64,000 nucleotides of DNA from Hyphochytrium catenoides. Its lineage: Eukaryota; Protista; Hyphochytriomycota. The translations under genes and the position numbers were made by a program. The first letter of the stretch is position 1. Every line of letters begins with the position of its first letter. Location of the stretch: contig FLMG01000540.1 of the NCBI GenBank assembly GCA_900088475.1, positions 124,765 through 188,764 on the forward strand, in the 5' to 3' direction. This document shows positions 38,601 to 52,626 of the stretch, one piece after another. The notes under the pieces are model-generated. The model had not been told where the DNA came from. It ran no database searches and was given only the letters and a program-made list of their open reading frames with translations.

Positions 38601-41600
38601 GGGCAGAACCCAGTCAAGAGATGGAAACGCAAGCTATATTCATGACCTACTTCTGCTTTCTGTTTCATCTTGTCGTCGAGCTTCTGCAAACGCTTCACAA
38701 ATTGAATGGCTGGATAGTTTGCACAATTGACGAAGGCCACGTCCGCAATGCTGAAGTTCAACTCCTATAAAAAGAGTGAGCACAGTGGAGGATATGGTCA
38801 GACAGAGTAAGATACACATTGAGCTTAGTGGTTCGCTAAACAAGGGCTTAGAAGCAAAAACCTGCAAGATGAAAGGAAAAAAGGACTTGCAGAGCAACGT
38901 ACCTCAAGAGCTGCTTCCCCTAACATCTTCCATAGTCTTGGATGCTGATTGTTCTGTACAAACTCAAACGCTTCGTTTAGCCCGCGGTTATTGAGTACAT
39001 CCAGAGCGTCTTTAAGAGCCTTTGTCTCGATCACAGTGACCTACGAAACCGCATACCCATGGAGGTGGTCATCAGAGCAAGTGGGCTGCAGAGGGTAATG
39101 TGTTGATGAATAAGGAGAAACGTACGTAGAGATTCTCAGAGAAAACTTCCGGGAAAGGGAAACAACTAGAAGTCGGTTCTCAGGAGCATATGAGAAGAGG
39201 GGAGACCATACCACATCCTTAGTGGGACGATCAGGCTCGGCCATGACCTCGTCCATGAGAACTAGGGTCACTTCAAGGTCTTTAAAGCGGCAAGGATAGC
39301 CAGAGGTCATGACAGGGTCTTCAGGTGTCAGGCCTCTGAAAAACAACAGTTGTAAATAGAAGCAAAATACATTGCAGGGGTGAAAGAGACAGAAAAGGCT
39401 GAGAGCAAAATCCTTGCGCAGAAGTAAATGGGATGGAGATTGGGAAGTCTGAGGTGGACATACCGGTAAACAACAAGCTTCGTCTTCTCCATGATGGCAA
39501 GCAGATCTGGATTGTCCTCAGCCCACACCATTGCCCAGACGTCTAACAAACCAAAAAATAGGGAGTTAGAGAGAATCCTACTAGGGCAGATGAGTAGCGG
39601 AGCGGAGATGGGACCAAGCAGCAAGATATCACATTGAAAGTATTGAGACAAAGAGAAACGGAGAGAGGAAACCTGGACGTATAGCCTATTACCTTTTCTC
39701 TCAAACTCTGTCGGTACTACTGTCTTAGACTGGCCGCTAGCTATGGCATCTATGGCGATATAAGGGCACGTTAGACTCCAAGCATACTCTGTTCTCAGAG
39801 GTCCCCATATTCGGGGAGACAAGGACGATGGATAGGGCGAAGGAGCCCTTGAAGAAGAGGAAAAAGTAAGAGCGCAGACAGTAAAGTGGAAGCAGAAGCA
39901 ACAGAAGGGAGAACACGGAGAGGTACACGAAACAGCCCAGGCTACACCAAATCAAGAACGGAACCGAAGGGAAAAGTAGAGACATCGCCTTACTGATATC
40001 GATCATGCTGAGGTAGCCATTGGCATCAATCATACTAAGCTTGGTCTCATTGCAGTTAAGCGCCAAATAATGTGGCTTACACCTGCCAAAGAAAGGAGAA
40101 GGTTCATTCAGAATAGTTATTACGAAGGTAAGTGGCTAAAGCGTCCTACCCCACTGTGCACTTGGTTTCCAGCGCGATATGAGGCAGAGAATAGCGGTGG
40201 ATGAGGCCGCTCTCTCTTGCAATAATCAGCTGATTTTCAGATGCACAGATAGCTGCTATTGGGTCTCTTGTTGCGGAGGTGGGAGCAAACTCGCTGTCAG
40301 CAGTAGGATGAGGGTCGTCGATATGAAAGGACCTCTCTCGGCTCTTATGTCTGATAATCAGGATAGAGGTGAGGGTTAAGCGGGATGTCGGAGAGCCTTT
40401 GCTATAATGCGCATGCTACTTGTGCTGTCCTCTCCCAAGAGTCGACCGTCCCACCCATTCCATCCTGAGAGTCCTAGCTACTTAGCCCAAATTTCCTCTC
40501 AGTCATCCTTTTCTATACTTGGTGCTCGTGAGAATGCCAAGACAAAGAGGAGCAAACTCGACTAAAACGGGAGCGACGAGATAGAATACCTTGTAAGGTG
40601 GTACATGGGTCCAACGGCTTTGCTTTCGGAAGTGACGCTTGTAAGCTTCGATCCTGCTGAGCGATAGTGCCAGACATAGACTTCTTCCAGCGACGCCGCA
40701 ATCACATGGAACTTGGTTATTACAAGATGGCGAGGATCCAGAGTGATGTGCTTCATCTCCAAGGGACTAAATGAAAGCACAGAGGTCAGAGTAGTACAAG
40801 CTGGAAGGGTCAGGAGTCATTGGAAAGTATCTCAACACTTATGCAGAGGGCCAGGTCGGGGGAATGAAGCAGAGACCTAACAAGTAAATAGGAGCTATCA
40901 GTTCGTTTACCTGCCGATGGTGTTTGACAGAATGAGGCTATAGTTGTGCTCTTGGCTGGAGGACGACGTAGCGATAACGGAATACTCTCCACAAGCTGTG
41001 AGAGCGAAGACATCCCGCATGTACTTCGGGAATCTAATAGTTATACATACAGACAGTGGCGTGAGTGCTAAGACGAAGAGCGACGGGCAAGGAAGGACGA
41101 ACTAGTTATGAGACATCTGTACATCGTGGGTGACAGATGAAATGTCTTCAGTGATCTCACTCAAGAGAATTGACAGTGACCCGAATTGTGGGAAGAGACA
41201 CGATAACTAACTGAAGAGAGGGACATAAAGAGAGAGTACATGACAGGAAGGTCAGCGCTGCTTAGGAAAGTCTCCTACTTGTCATCAGATTGGACGTCGT
41301 AGAACAGGGTGCACTGGTCGTCGCGGCCGATCCTGGTATATGAATAGGCCAAAGTATGCTCGTAGAAACACCACTGAGATTTGAAAAGGCAATACGTCTT
41401 ATCAATGGGTGCTCACAAACGGGAGGAAGGCTCATCAACAAATGTGGAAGCAAGGTTGAAGATTAGCGCGAGGAATTGAGGACGGAGAGACCATCCCAGC
41501 TCTTTCTTCTTCGTGCGTCCCACCTTATAGCTAGGGCGGATATTGGCAAAGTAGATGAAAGAGTCCACTGCAAAGGCAATTCTAAGACCCCCTCCCTCCC

Positions 41601-43389
41601 ATGAAATGGCGCTTAGCCTGTTCCCAGGAATCTGCGCAGAGAGTGATGTAGCGTGGTTAGAGCAGGGGGTGGGAGTTCTAAGGAAGCAATGCACGCAAAG
41701 ATCACTCTGTCTGAGCATGAAAGATAACACTATGGGTTAATTGGAACATTCCGCCCTCTATCAATATCACCGGTTGAGTCAAGATTTCGCGCTATTGACA
41801 AAAGTACCTTGAGAGCCCGGATGAGTTTGCCGAAAGGAGTGTAGAATTGGACCACAGTTGACCGCTTGTCATCTGCCGACCGGGTCGTGCCGCCGATGGC
41901 AAGGACAGATCCGTTGGTGTTCCACTTGCACTGTCATCAGAATAACTATATGAGCGCACCCGCAAATTTTGACTAAATGGAGGAGACTTGAAAGCTCAAA
42001 ACTCCATAAACATGAACACCGCATCAAGGAGGGAAACGAGTGGGGAAGAGACGTAGAAGGTGACCTTTGACTGGCAATACGAGTATTCGGGAAAGTGATG
42101 GACAAGGGTTATGCGGATTATCTGGAGAGTTACTTATACCTGCGTGAGTAGCAAGCCTGTATCAAGCTTGATGGCATTGTTATCAACCACTCCAGTGGTG
42201 ATCTGCAGCCAGCCATTCTCAAAGGCCACCGCAAGGCTGGGACAGTCGGGAGCTATGTAGCCCTCCAAGCCATCATACCAGTCCATCGCCACTATTCTGG
42301 CGCTCTGCAGTACGAATGCAGAATCAATTTCCTTACAATCCGCATTAGCATCGATGGCGGCAGTGACTAACCTTCCCGTGCATTTCATCTAGTGCGTAGA
42401 GGGGTAGCGCCATCACCCTGTTCCCACCATAGTCATAAACGTCAACGTCTTTGTCCCCCTTTACAAAGAGAAGAGTCTTCCCGTCGGGTGACCATTGCAC
42501 CAGTCGTAGCTCGGTCTCTAGCTCCTTACCCCAGAGCCGGTTGCCGTCAACACTGCCCACAATCACCTACGAAGGGAAGTACAGTCAGATTAGGAGTTCA
42601 AGTTGGATGGTGGTCAACGACGGAAGAGGGTTGACTTCGTACCGCTCCGTCCTCATAGACAATGCATATCCTATGACCATCCGGAGTCCACTGCATGTCT
42701 CGAACTAAACTCTTGTTCCTGTTGTTGATCATCTCTTCGTACCACATCCCCTATGAAAATGGCACAGGGATAGGATGGTAAGTACGACAATGGGGACCCA
42801 GGGCTCAACATTCCCATAATACTACCCACCTTATGAAGCATCCAGACGATGATGAGACCTTGCTTATCGCTTGTGGTCAGCTTTCGGAAACGTCCGTTCC
42901 ATGTTACACACATCACGGAGCCTGTGCCATACACGTTGGACCAGCGCGGATGGTAGACTTTCTTTTGGCCTTACCACCGTGTCCTTCCAGTGTTTGGTTC
43001 ATCGTCAGCTCGCTGGAAGCCGCAATACCTCTGGGCGGTTTGGGGTCTTTTGACTCCGCGGGATCAAGCTTCAGAACCTAAGGGAAAGAAAGAAGAGAGC
43101 AGGTAGCAGTGACAGGGGGACAGATCAGGTAGGAGAAAACCATGAGAGAGAGAGGGAGACACCTCGTTCTCTTCACGATTTTACTCCCTTGCTCAATGTG
43201 CTTACCTTGAGCAGGCCATTTTCTCCACCACAGGCGATGTATCCCTGTTCTGTGTTCCATGATAGGCATTCCAGATTGATGTTGTTTGGTATAGCGATCT
43301 ACAATGAACAGAAGTAGATGAGCCCGCCGACCGGTGCTCCGTCTGCATCTCATCGAAAATCTGACCTTTTTGCTTAGATAGACATACAT
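35676..43389 (-). CDS. WDR35: WD repeat-containing protein 35 / IFT121 (IFT-A subunit), many exons
   Basis: MYVYLSKK|IAIPNN..., [95 protein letters not shown]; C-terminal Cys-rich finger ...[12 protein letters not shown] with TAG at 35676-35678. Confidence 0.96.
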
Positions 43390-43757
43390 CCTTCCCTCTG
43401 TCTACCCTTCTTGCCGGCAAAACCGACAGCTTTTGCACCACGGAGACTTGTAACACTTGTTATTGTAGGGAAGGTTTAGGCCAATACTGCCTCCGCTCTG
43501 CCACCTCAGCCGGCTAAGGTCCAAGACGGAAGTCAGCTCGTGCGACGCAGAGTTGGGTGACGCCCGGCGAGCATTTATGTCAAGGATAAGATACCAGAGT
43601 GCCTCCAAGAGCGCGAGAGACAGTATCAGTCTCTTGTTCCGTTATCCCTTTCTCTCCAATCGCTGTCCAATAGTCTATTCTCCGCTACAGGAGGGAAGCG
43701 GTGTTGTTGCTATTCTAGCTCGCCCGCACTCGTGAGATGAGCTTCTCGTTATTACCT

Positions 43758-43930
43758 CTTTCTCTCTCCTCTCCTCTTCTCCCTCGTCTCGGTGTTGCTC
43801 GCTCGTTTGCCTATATCTCCCAATCTCTCTCTCTCTTTCTCTCCCTCTCTCTCTCTCTGTCTCTCGCTCTCTCTCTTTTTCTCTCTCTCTCTCTCTCTCT
43901 CTCCCGCTCTCTCTCTCTCCCGCTCTCCTC
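43758..43930. repeat. Imperfect (CT)n microsatellite
   Basis: CT-rich tract upstream of WDR35. Confidence 0.9.
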
Positions 43931-44535
43931 CGTGAAGCTGCCGCATGCCTTGAACGCCCTGTCCTATGAAGGCCTTAACTTAGAACTATTCTTCTGACCT
44001 TCGGACCATCTCGGACAACCTCCAACCTCTTTCACCTCCCATAGTGACTTTTCGTTGATCTGAACGAGAGCTACCCCAGGAGTGCAATTGGGGTGTTATC
44101 TTTCCAGATCTCCCCTTGGCCTTGGAAGTGCAGAAAGGACACAGGCCCATCATCATCAATCATCATCACCGTCAGGAAGAAAGAGGAAGGATGAACGAAT
44201 CTGAAGGGCATCATGCATCATCGACGCTCGGACCTCCCAAAGACCCCGCTATCCTATGGCTGCTCATACTACGTTGGTCTCTCTCTGGACCTGGGCTCTA
44301 CTCTCGGTCGAGCTCCATACCAGACGCTGACTGGCCTGACAACATCTTTCAGGACACATCGAAGGTATTTGTCACCGCGATGGTCATTTACAATTGATTG
44401 CAGTGATTCAGTTCATCTAATGGCACTGAGCTCTCACTAGTATAGCTAGCTCATGAAGATAAGCCATTTTATGCGCGTCACCTGCGTCATCCTATATATA
44501 AATGGGCGGTCATGGCCTACTCTGGAGGCTAATGC

Positions 44536-47445
44536 TCAAACAGTGGTGATAGTAACATAGTCAGCAGACGAAGTTGAGGAGCTCCACATCCAACCGAAAA
44601 GCCAACCCAGCATTCCAGGCTCCTCAGCTCCCGTATGCAACCGCACGATTTGTTCATCCTCTTGATTGCTGTCGTGATGCGATTCGCTAGGGGAACGTCG
44701 CGGTCGTCGGAACGACATTCTCAGCGGCCGGTGACCACCGCGAAGCATCATCATGATATGGTGGAAAAAGGCGTCGCTGACATCATTGCCGTCCACCATC
44801 ACTAGCTCATCATTTGGCTGCAGTCCACTGTAAATGGCTTGGGAGTTGGGGAGGACCCGCTTGACTGTGGCCCCTCCGCGGCCACTGTTTGAGATGAAAT
44901 GAATCCCCAACGGCCCAGCTTTGGTGAACATGATGCTGAAATCAGCAGCAATGCTCTGGCTTGTACTGTTCAGCTCGAGTCCTTCGTCAACCAGCGGTCG
45001 ATCCATAGAGCTCATGGCCGGGGTATCACCTTCACCGCTACCCTGTTGAACATCTTGAGGGCTTGAGGCAGCACCCGAAGCACTTATTCGATCTTGCCCA
45101 GACGCAGATTGCCCATCTGGAGTCTTAACATCTTCTTGTGTCACTGCAACGGTGGTCCCATTTGCAGAAGCGACCGTCGTTAACCGAGGATCATCCCAAG
45201 TCCTGCGCCGAGGTCTAGCTTAGTTGATATGCCGAAGGATTCAACCGATAGGAATTACTCACGTTGTTTGTGTCCGGTGGTCTACAAAGAACACATCCCC
45301 ACTTTCAGTTTTGCGTATCTCCCAGCCCGGGGGTAAGGGAAGTTCCTGCTAAAGAAGGAGTTTAAGGTGAGGCTCCTTCATCATAGGGAATAACTCTATA
45401 CTCACCAGTGCAGTGGGGGCACCGGGAACAGCAGGCACCAAGCTTTCTTCTTGTACTGCTTGGGTCTCTCTTTGGGGATTTGCTGTACTTGACCAGTCTT
45501 CATGGTGCTCGGTATGAGAAGTGCCAGTCAAGCTAACAGTGCGAGCCGGAGCTCCACTTTCAGAGGTATTTGGGGCTGTAGTCTATATTTCGTAGCTCTT
45601 TATAAAAAGAGGAAAAACAAAGGATTACAGAGAGTCTTTACTTCTTCATACCTGCCGAACCTTGTCAGATGACGCCGTAGGAGGAGTCATAATGCTCTGT
45701 TGATGGATTCTGGGATCCTCATCCGTACTGCAAACAATCGAAGATCACACTCNNNNNNNNNNNNNNNNNNNNNNNNNNNNNNNNNNNNNNNNNNNNNNNN
45801 NNNNNTATACACAACAGGAATGGCTTCAGGGTTGGATAGCTCCCAGTCTTCTCCCAGAGGGGTCGTCTTAAAATAATCCATCAAAAGTCCAATCTTCTCC
45901 CATCGTGGATCCTTCCATGATGTTTGTCTATCAATGTGGTTGAGATAAAATAGCTTCCCCGTGTCAGGGTCTCTTGCAGCCTATGTAGAATAGCTCCCTG
46001 AGGTGCCTTTTTTTTTTTGGAATACCGCGGCATCATACCTCCCAATCCGACGGTAAAGGAATAAATAGTCGTAGTGCAGTAAGAGCCAAGGCCCGCTCGC
46101 TGCAGACTAGATGCAGCTTGCGTAACTCCTCTTCAGCTACTTGTAGCTGCCCCTGAAACTCTTTGTGTGCATTCGCCTCCCGGACCTTCAATCTTGAATC
46201 TCTTGGAATACCCAGCTCCTCCTTCAATGTCAGAAGGTCCTTGGTTGCGTCCTCGCGTTGCTGGAAACAACGGGTCAGGTTCGCTGTGTCGTGCTACTCT
46301 ACCGTTGGTTGTCCTTACCTGGATCGCGTCTTCCAGGGTGGCGCGAAGTGCAGAGAGAATCATTTTTTGTTCTTCAACTTGCTTCCTTAGCCTTTGGACT
46401 TCATCGACAGTGGGCTGGGACCTCCAATTAAGAGATGCCTCACATAGGGGCAGTCCCTTCAACAGATACCTACCTTGACGTCATCTTGCTTGTCACTTGA
46501 CGAGGACCGGACGTCCAACCTCTTGCCACCGTTCTTGACTGGATTGTGCTGGGCCATAATGTTATGAGTAGATACACAGTCCACCTTCCTTCACCCTAGT
46601 TCTTGGGCCTCCTTGTCCTCCTTTCCCCTTCACCTCGACCTCGCTACGGTCCACGAATCACCAGTTATCAGCAATTAATGGGGGTCACCTTTCTCGTCGC
46701 CTTCATATGCGGTCATTCTTCCGAAGCCTGTCGAACATAGTTGTCGTACCTCAAAGAGCAAGGACTGTAGCCCCGCAGGACCAGAAAAGAGCTCTTCAAC
46801 AAAGGCGGCACCTCCTACTGATCTCAAGGCCTCAAGCATCACCTTGCAAAGCCTAAAGGGGAGGTGAGAAGGAACAATGGTTGAATGGAGATTGTAAATG
46901 GAAGGACGAACCGGATCTGAAATGGTATGGCCGCCTGCAGCTCTTGCTTCAAGGAGCTAGCTAAAACCTCATCTCTAGTGATAGAGCTGAGTTTACCGAG
47001 CCTTTGGCTTGTTGAGGAAGCAGCAGAGTTCCACTCCTGAACAGTAGTTCGAATTCTGTCGAAGATACCTCTTGTCTCGGAGAGCGATGATCTCTCAGGA
47101 GAACTGCGTACGCTTCCATTAGCTAGGCTAGGTGTTTCTGCAAGCGTGTTAGTCTATGATCCAGCATTGGGGACATCTTCTCTTGCACTCACCACTAGAG
47201 CCCAGTGCATCAGTTTCCGCATCGTGGCTCTTGAAGACAGATGCATCTTCTGCGGGGTCCTTGGATGGACTGTCTGCTTCCCCTTTTGAAGCATGTCAGC
47301 TAACCTCCTTTTTGCTACGGTGTACCGGATTCGGAACGGCCATACCTGTATTCCTGCTACGCTTGCGCTCGCGGTACTTATCTAGCCGGGCTTTCCCAGC
47401 CGCGGCCAAAGCTTCCCGCCTGTTCATATCCTCGTCCACCTTCAT
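44536..47445 (-). CDS. Coiled-coil + 3 WW + PDZ scaffold protein, spliced, includes an N gap
   Basis: WW1 PLPSDWE|AARDPDTGKLFYLNHIDRQTSWKDPR; degenerate WW2 PLGEDWE...VVY[gap]TDEDPR; WW3 PLPPGWEIRKTESGDVFFVDHRTQT|TWDDPR; PDZ FTKAGPLGIHF...VKRVLPNSQAIYSGLQPNDELVMVDG. Joining the 46700-47445 exons is inferred; the alternative start is 46557. Confidence 0.75.
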
Positions 47446-48394
47446 TGAGAAGAGTCCTCTAGCTAGCTACTCTTTTCTAATACCTATTCTCCCCCATTCT
47501 TATTAGACTTGGAGGTGCATAGCTGGCTTTGTTGAACGTTAGCGATGTCGGGTCAACACGAAAGGTCCATCTAGGTCCACTTGGCTATCAGGTCATGCCA
47601 TAGGCTGTATTGCCCCAGGTCACAGTCACAGCAAGGTCCCCCGAGTGTATTTCTTTGTCCAGAAAAACCCCTAATTTTTACAGCTGCATCGTTTTCTACA
47701 AGGAGCCATGTATATGCAAAGCCAGAAGCCAACAAATGTGCTGCCAATGTTAAGGCTGTCAGTATGACATCGCTCACTTCTGCGCACACCCAGCGAGACA
47801 CCCGGCGTTTGCAGTGCCAAGAGGCCAAGATATGCATCCATCAGAAGATCCGCAGACCAAACGGCACCTCGAGCTGCAGAGCAGGAAGGAAAGCAACGCC
47901 AATTTTGCCATCATTATTGCCCTTTCTACTGTAGAACAGCGCTGCCTGCTTCGGCTTCCCGTCCTTTCTTCAAAACATTGAAACTGTACAACTACGATTT
48001 ACCTTTATATACAGTCTTAGTCAAGAGGAAAATGAACCAACTCAAGGCCTCAAACTGTAGAAAGGCCAACTTTGGAAAGTGCACAATTGGTTCTGAAGTC
48101 CATTGCTCAATCAGAACCCAAAGCGGCACGATCCCCTCTGAAGTGCCAGGGGCCAGGAAGATGGAAGACACGCTCCTGACTGCTCCTGGCGATGGTCCGC
48201 CTCAGCAGACACCGAGTCCTGACGTCTTCAGAAGCTACCTTACTATTGATCAGCTTTCCTGACAGCGTTGTCACGGCTGTTGGGGCTCTTCAGGCTTCGT
48301 GCTTTATTGCCTCCTGTCCAGAAGGGCAATTGCTCCCGCTTGCAGCTAGGAACCCTTTCGTAGCAATACCACCGAGGTCAACGTGGCAGTCCCA

Positions 48395-50431
48395 ATGGCA
48401 GACACTATATCTCCTTCCCAAGATGAAGACGTACAGGACCGCTCTATGGAGGGGACGATGAAGGCGCTGCATTCCCTCATCTCACGCGGCATTCAGTTAG
48501 AAATTGCCGCCCAGACCAGAGAACAGTGTATTGAATTGATGCAGAGTTACATGAAGAGGTGAACGAATTATAAAGGTATAATGTTTTCTGGTTTCTAACT
48601 AGCGAGCAGGCTAGACATTGATGCTTCGAAGCTCTCAATCATTCATGTCGCTGGAACAAAGGGCAAAGGGTCTACCTGCGCCTTTGTGGAATCTATTTTG
48701 CAAAGTATGGGGTATCGTACAGGACTGTTCACAAGCCCTCACCTCGTCGACTTGCAAGAGCGCTTCCGAATCAATGGTAAACCTGTGTCCGAAAAGAACC
48801 TTCTCAAGCACTTTTGGGGAGTCTGGGATGACCTCCGAGCGACTAAGGTCTTCTACCACAAAATTTGCCTGTGGCATGCATCGTGACCAAACTTACTTCC
48901 CTCTCTAGGAACAAGCGGCTGGGAATCCGGTGATGCCAATGTTCTTTCGATTCTTGACGCTTGTTTGTCTGCGGATGTACTTAGACGCTGCTGTAGACGT
49001 TCTGATCTTGGAGGTACGTAGCGGTGTGAAAGTAAACGGTCTACTATGGTCCTTTGCTAAAGCTGCAGCCCCAGGTCGGCATGGGCGGTCGCTTCGATCC
49101 AACGAACTGCACCCAAGAAGTGGATGTTGCAGCCATAACACTGTTGGACTATGATCACTGCCAGTACCTTGGGAACACACTTGAAGAGATTGCATACCAG
49201 GTAGTCTTTCCCGTAGGCATTCAATCTTCACTGAACGTCAAGCCCAACCAACCCATGTTGCAGAAAGCAGGTATTATCAAGACTGGAGCACTAGCGTTCA
49301 CGGTCCCCCAAGATGTAGGAGCTTTAGAAGTTTTGAGAAAATGTGCGCAAGAAGCGGGAGCGACATTGATGGTGGTACCCTCACTGGACGTAGTTGCCAA
49401 AGAGGAAGATGTGGAGTTGCCTACTTTATCTATGACAGGTACGCTAATCCAGCACTCATGTCTAGCCCCTCTGGTCAGTTCAGTTTTGACTATTGTCGTC
49501 AGGATCCTACCAATACCAGAATGCTGCTTTGGCCTACCAAGTCTGCAAGGCGTGGGTTGAACGCTTCCACGCCAAGTATCCTCATAAGACTCACCCCTTT
49601 AGCCGTCGGACCGTCTCCTTAAGAGACCCAGGTATTATTGGTCATATCACTGCTGGCCTCGGATATTGCTAAAACCTGCTGCCAATTCAGATGTTGTCCG
49701 TGGCATAAGTCGCTGCCACTGGCCAGGTCGGTGCCACGAGATTGCATTCCCAGATCAGAATGTTATCTATTACCTTGATGGTGCCCATACTGAGATCAGT
49801 ATTCGGTCGGCGGCACAGTGGTATTCACAGGTGCGCACTGTCTTTCTTCCGGTTTGCAATGTCATGCTGTCTGATGGTCGTCTAATCGTTTATGTGTGCT
49901 AGCGGCTACTTGCCTGTGCCGAGAATAATAGTTCACAAGTCCGTGTCTTGGTCTTCAACTGTGGGCATGAGCGTAAAGTCTCCAGTATAATCACGGCCCT
50001 CTTAGCTGAAGCCAAATTTGACCACATTTTCATAACACCAATGGGCTTTACTAGGCCCAGTAGATTCTCTCCCTTGACAGCAGAAGCAATTCTTCGCGAG
50101 GTAAGGACACATAACATAGACTGGGAACTTTTAGTTTCGAGGCTTGAACTAAGACAGCGTTTAGGCTGGAGTGCCTGACTACAAAGGAAAATCAGAGGAT
50201 GACGCTTCCTGGGAAAGCACTTTACGGACAGTCTTCACGGTCCTCACAAGTGGCACACACTGCCGCTGCTCAGTTGCCATGTCCGCTGAAGATTGTAAAA
50301 AAAGAGTAGACAACTTGGTCCAGGACCTTCAGGCGCCAGTGCGTGTCCTTGTCACGGGCTCCCTATACCTAGTCGGAGGCCTGTTGAGGGTGCTGGGCTG
50401 GACGGCGCTGGAGGAAACTGAGGATTTCTAA
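48395..50431 (+). CDS. FPGS: Folylpolyglutamate synthase, spliced
   Basis: [35 protein letters not shown]|[16 protein letters not shown]...[11 protein letters not shown]|[29 protein letters not shown]. Confidence 0.95.
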
Positions 50432-50480
50432 AGCCCCACAAGCCCCAATATAAATATCTTTTTGCCACACTTTTGTCACT

Positions 50481-51627
50481 TCACTCTGTCTTCAACTTGG
50501 TTTGCTTCCACTCAACAAATTCATCCAGAAGCAACGGCCCTATATCCCCAACCCAGGGCCAACACCCATGTGTCGCAGTGGGGAGGACAAAGAAAGAGAG
50601 ACAGACGGTCAGACGGTCAGGTGTAAGCAACACGCTACTGAAAGTGCCAACTTGAGCACATGACACTTACAGGCTCCATTGGGATCATAGCCTTGCAAAT
50701 CAGCAGTTACATGAGTCGAAAACTCCAAGAAGTTGCTCCACTAGGAGGAACATGGATGGAAGAGCAGGTCAGTGAACAAATGGCAGAAGTCATGCTGACC
50801 TACAGGTACCTGGTCAAAAGTGATTCTTTGGACTGGAGAAGATTCGAGAAACTCAATGAACTCATTCGTGTGCACGGACCGATCTCCGAGAACTAGGGGA
50901 AGGAGTGCGATAACAATGTCCTTCTCTATGGTCTTCGCGGTGCCCTCCCGCGAGATTTGAAATACAAAGCGAAAGAAGTCACGAAACTTAGAAGGATTCT
51001 CAAGCTCAGCACGCAGTTCCGGCAACTTGGCCTTGAGCTGCTGAAGGGTTTCGCATCTAGATCAAAGCAGTATGTAAGGGCTGTGTCTCCGCAAGAGACG
51101 TTCCTTGCAATTGTCTCAGGTACCCGAGCCTTGTCATTCCAGTCTCAAACTCGTCCTTCGTGAATTGCGATCCGGTCTTGGCCTTGAAGTGCCATGCAAT
51201 AATCAGAATCTCGATCTGCATGGGACACATGGTCAACTTCGAAAAACATGTACCCAAAGAAGCTCCATTGATAATCCTACATCTTCCACAGGGTTAATCT
51301 CCAGTTCCTTGCACATTGCTTCGATGCCCTCTGCAAGCCGTCGAAGCACCAAAAACGAGAAACCGCCGGCGGTCAATAAAGACGATACCATAGCCTAAAA
51401 GTTAGGGAGACGCATACCGACCTGGCCCAATTATCTCCTCTTCTTCATCTAGAGTGACGGTGTTACGGAGTGGCTTAGCCTCGTCAAACCAACTAACTCA
51501 TGGAGTTGTAAGTTTGCGTACCTAGGTGTAAACGCTCATACATAGCAGTGATAGCGCCAACATCTACCTTCGACTTTGGCTCTGTGACGGGTGGATTTTT
51601 GGGTCGCCTCAGGAAGTATATCGACAT
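50481..51627 (-). CDS. DCN1-like (DCUN1D) cullin neddylation protein, PONY domain, no obvious UBA, spliced
   Basis: EGIEAMCKELEINPVED|IEILIIAWHFKA; FRDFFRFVFQISRE; ITFDQ|WSNFLEFS; YDPNGA|WPLLLDEFVEW. Confidence 0.92.
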
Positions 51628-52626
51628 GGTCTCTAGGACTATTGAGTAGTCTCACTAAGTCCTCGCCCTTCAGCTTTCAACAGCCTGGATTCTGAGACCG
51701 TGCGCTTAAAGCTGAAAATCGCTGACCGACCGAACCTGCTGCTTGGCTCCAAATCGCTACCAAACGTATTGCTCCAAACGGAGCTTCACCAGGAAAGTCA
51801 GACCGCTTGTCCTTGCTTCCTTAATATATTGATAGGTTGGGACTAGTGTGTCGGTAGCAGGACGATGTTGGACTGGGGATTACGAGCTCGCTAGCTCGAG
51901 TAGGGAAGCTCTGCCTATGTGCGACTATGACCTGTGCCCTCCTCTCAGCAGACGGGCAGTTGGCAAATTGTGATGATGGAAGAAGATAATCCTTTCCTTC
52001 GTTCTTCCCACGAGAGCCGTTAACCGTATTAGGGAAGAAGCAAGGACTGCCAGGCCCGTTAATTAATTATTAGCAGCACTTTACGAGGTAGAATTTGTCA
52101 ATAATGCCAATGAAGCTACTGAATTTCAACTTGACTTTCACCGAATATGCCTGCGAATTAGAACTATATTTTAACGCTTGTCAAAAAAGGATGCAGCAAT
52201 GATTTTTTGAGAAATTTTGGCAAAGTGGTCATGTGGATTTTATGATGGGGTGTGCGTGTCATGCGCAGACATAAGAAGATAACGGGGCAGGTAAGAAAGC
52301 TCAAGAATCAACCTCTGTCATCGCCTCCATATTTGGCTCCTTCCTACAGGCAATAGAGCGGGGTTCCCAGGCGTATATCCTCCTCCTGAAGGCTCAGCCC
52401 CTCTGCCACATGCTACAGCTAGCATACATTCTACAGCTCAGTGTCGATTGTCCCGCAGCATTGGGTGTAATGCTTCAGTGATCTGGTTTGACGCGGCGCC
52501 AGGATCCTGCCACTAGATGGGCAAGGAAAGTGGCAATGATCGCTCTCAAGCTTGGGTCGGTCCGGTGCACTGTATTGCTTCCACAGCAGCCGCAGGAGGG
52601 GCTGCTGAACCCGTCGTCTGAGCACG

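Noticed and set aside
39975-40000. Non-canonical GC-AG intron in WDR35 (AAG|gcgatg)
   Set aside because: The next exon is phase 1 and fits the canonical A|gtaagg donor five bases upstream.
44116-44400. Harbinger/PIF transposase remnant (TSKVFVTAMVIYN)
   Set aside because: One short resemblance with no catalytic motifs or TIRs.
30763-50431. ENT plus FPGS as a folate/nucleotide metabolic cluster
   Set aside because: 16 kb apart with unrelated genes between; both are ordinary housekeeping genes.
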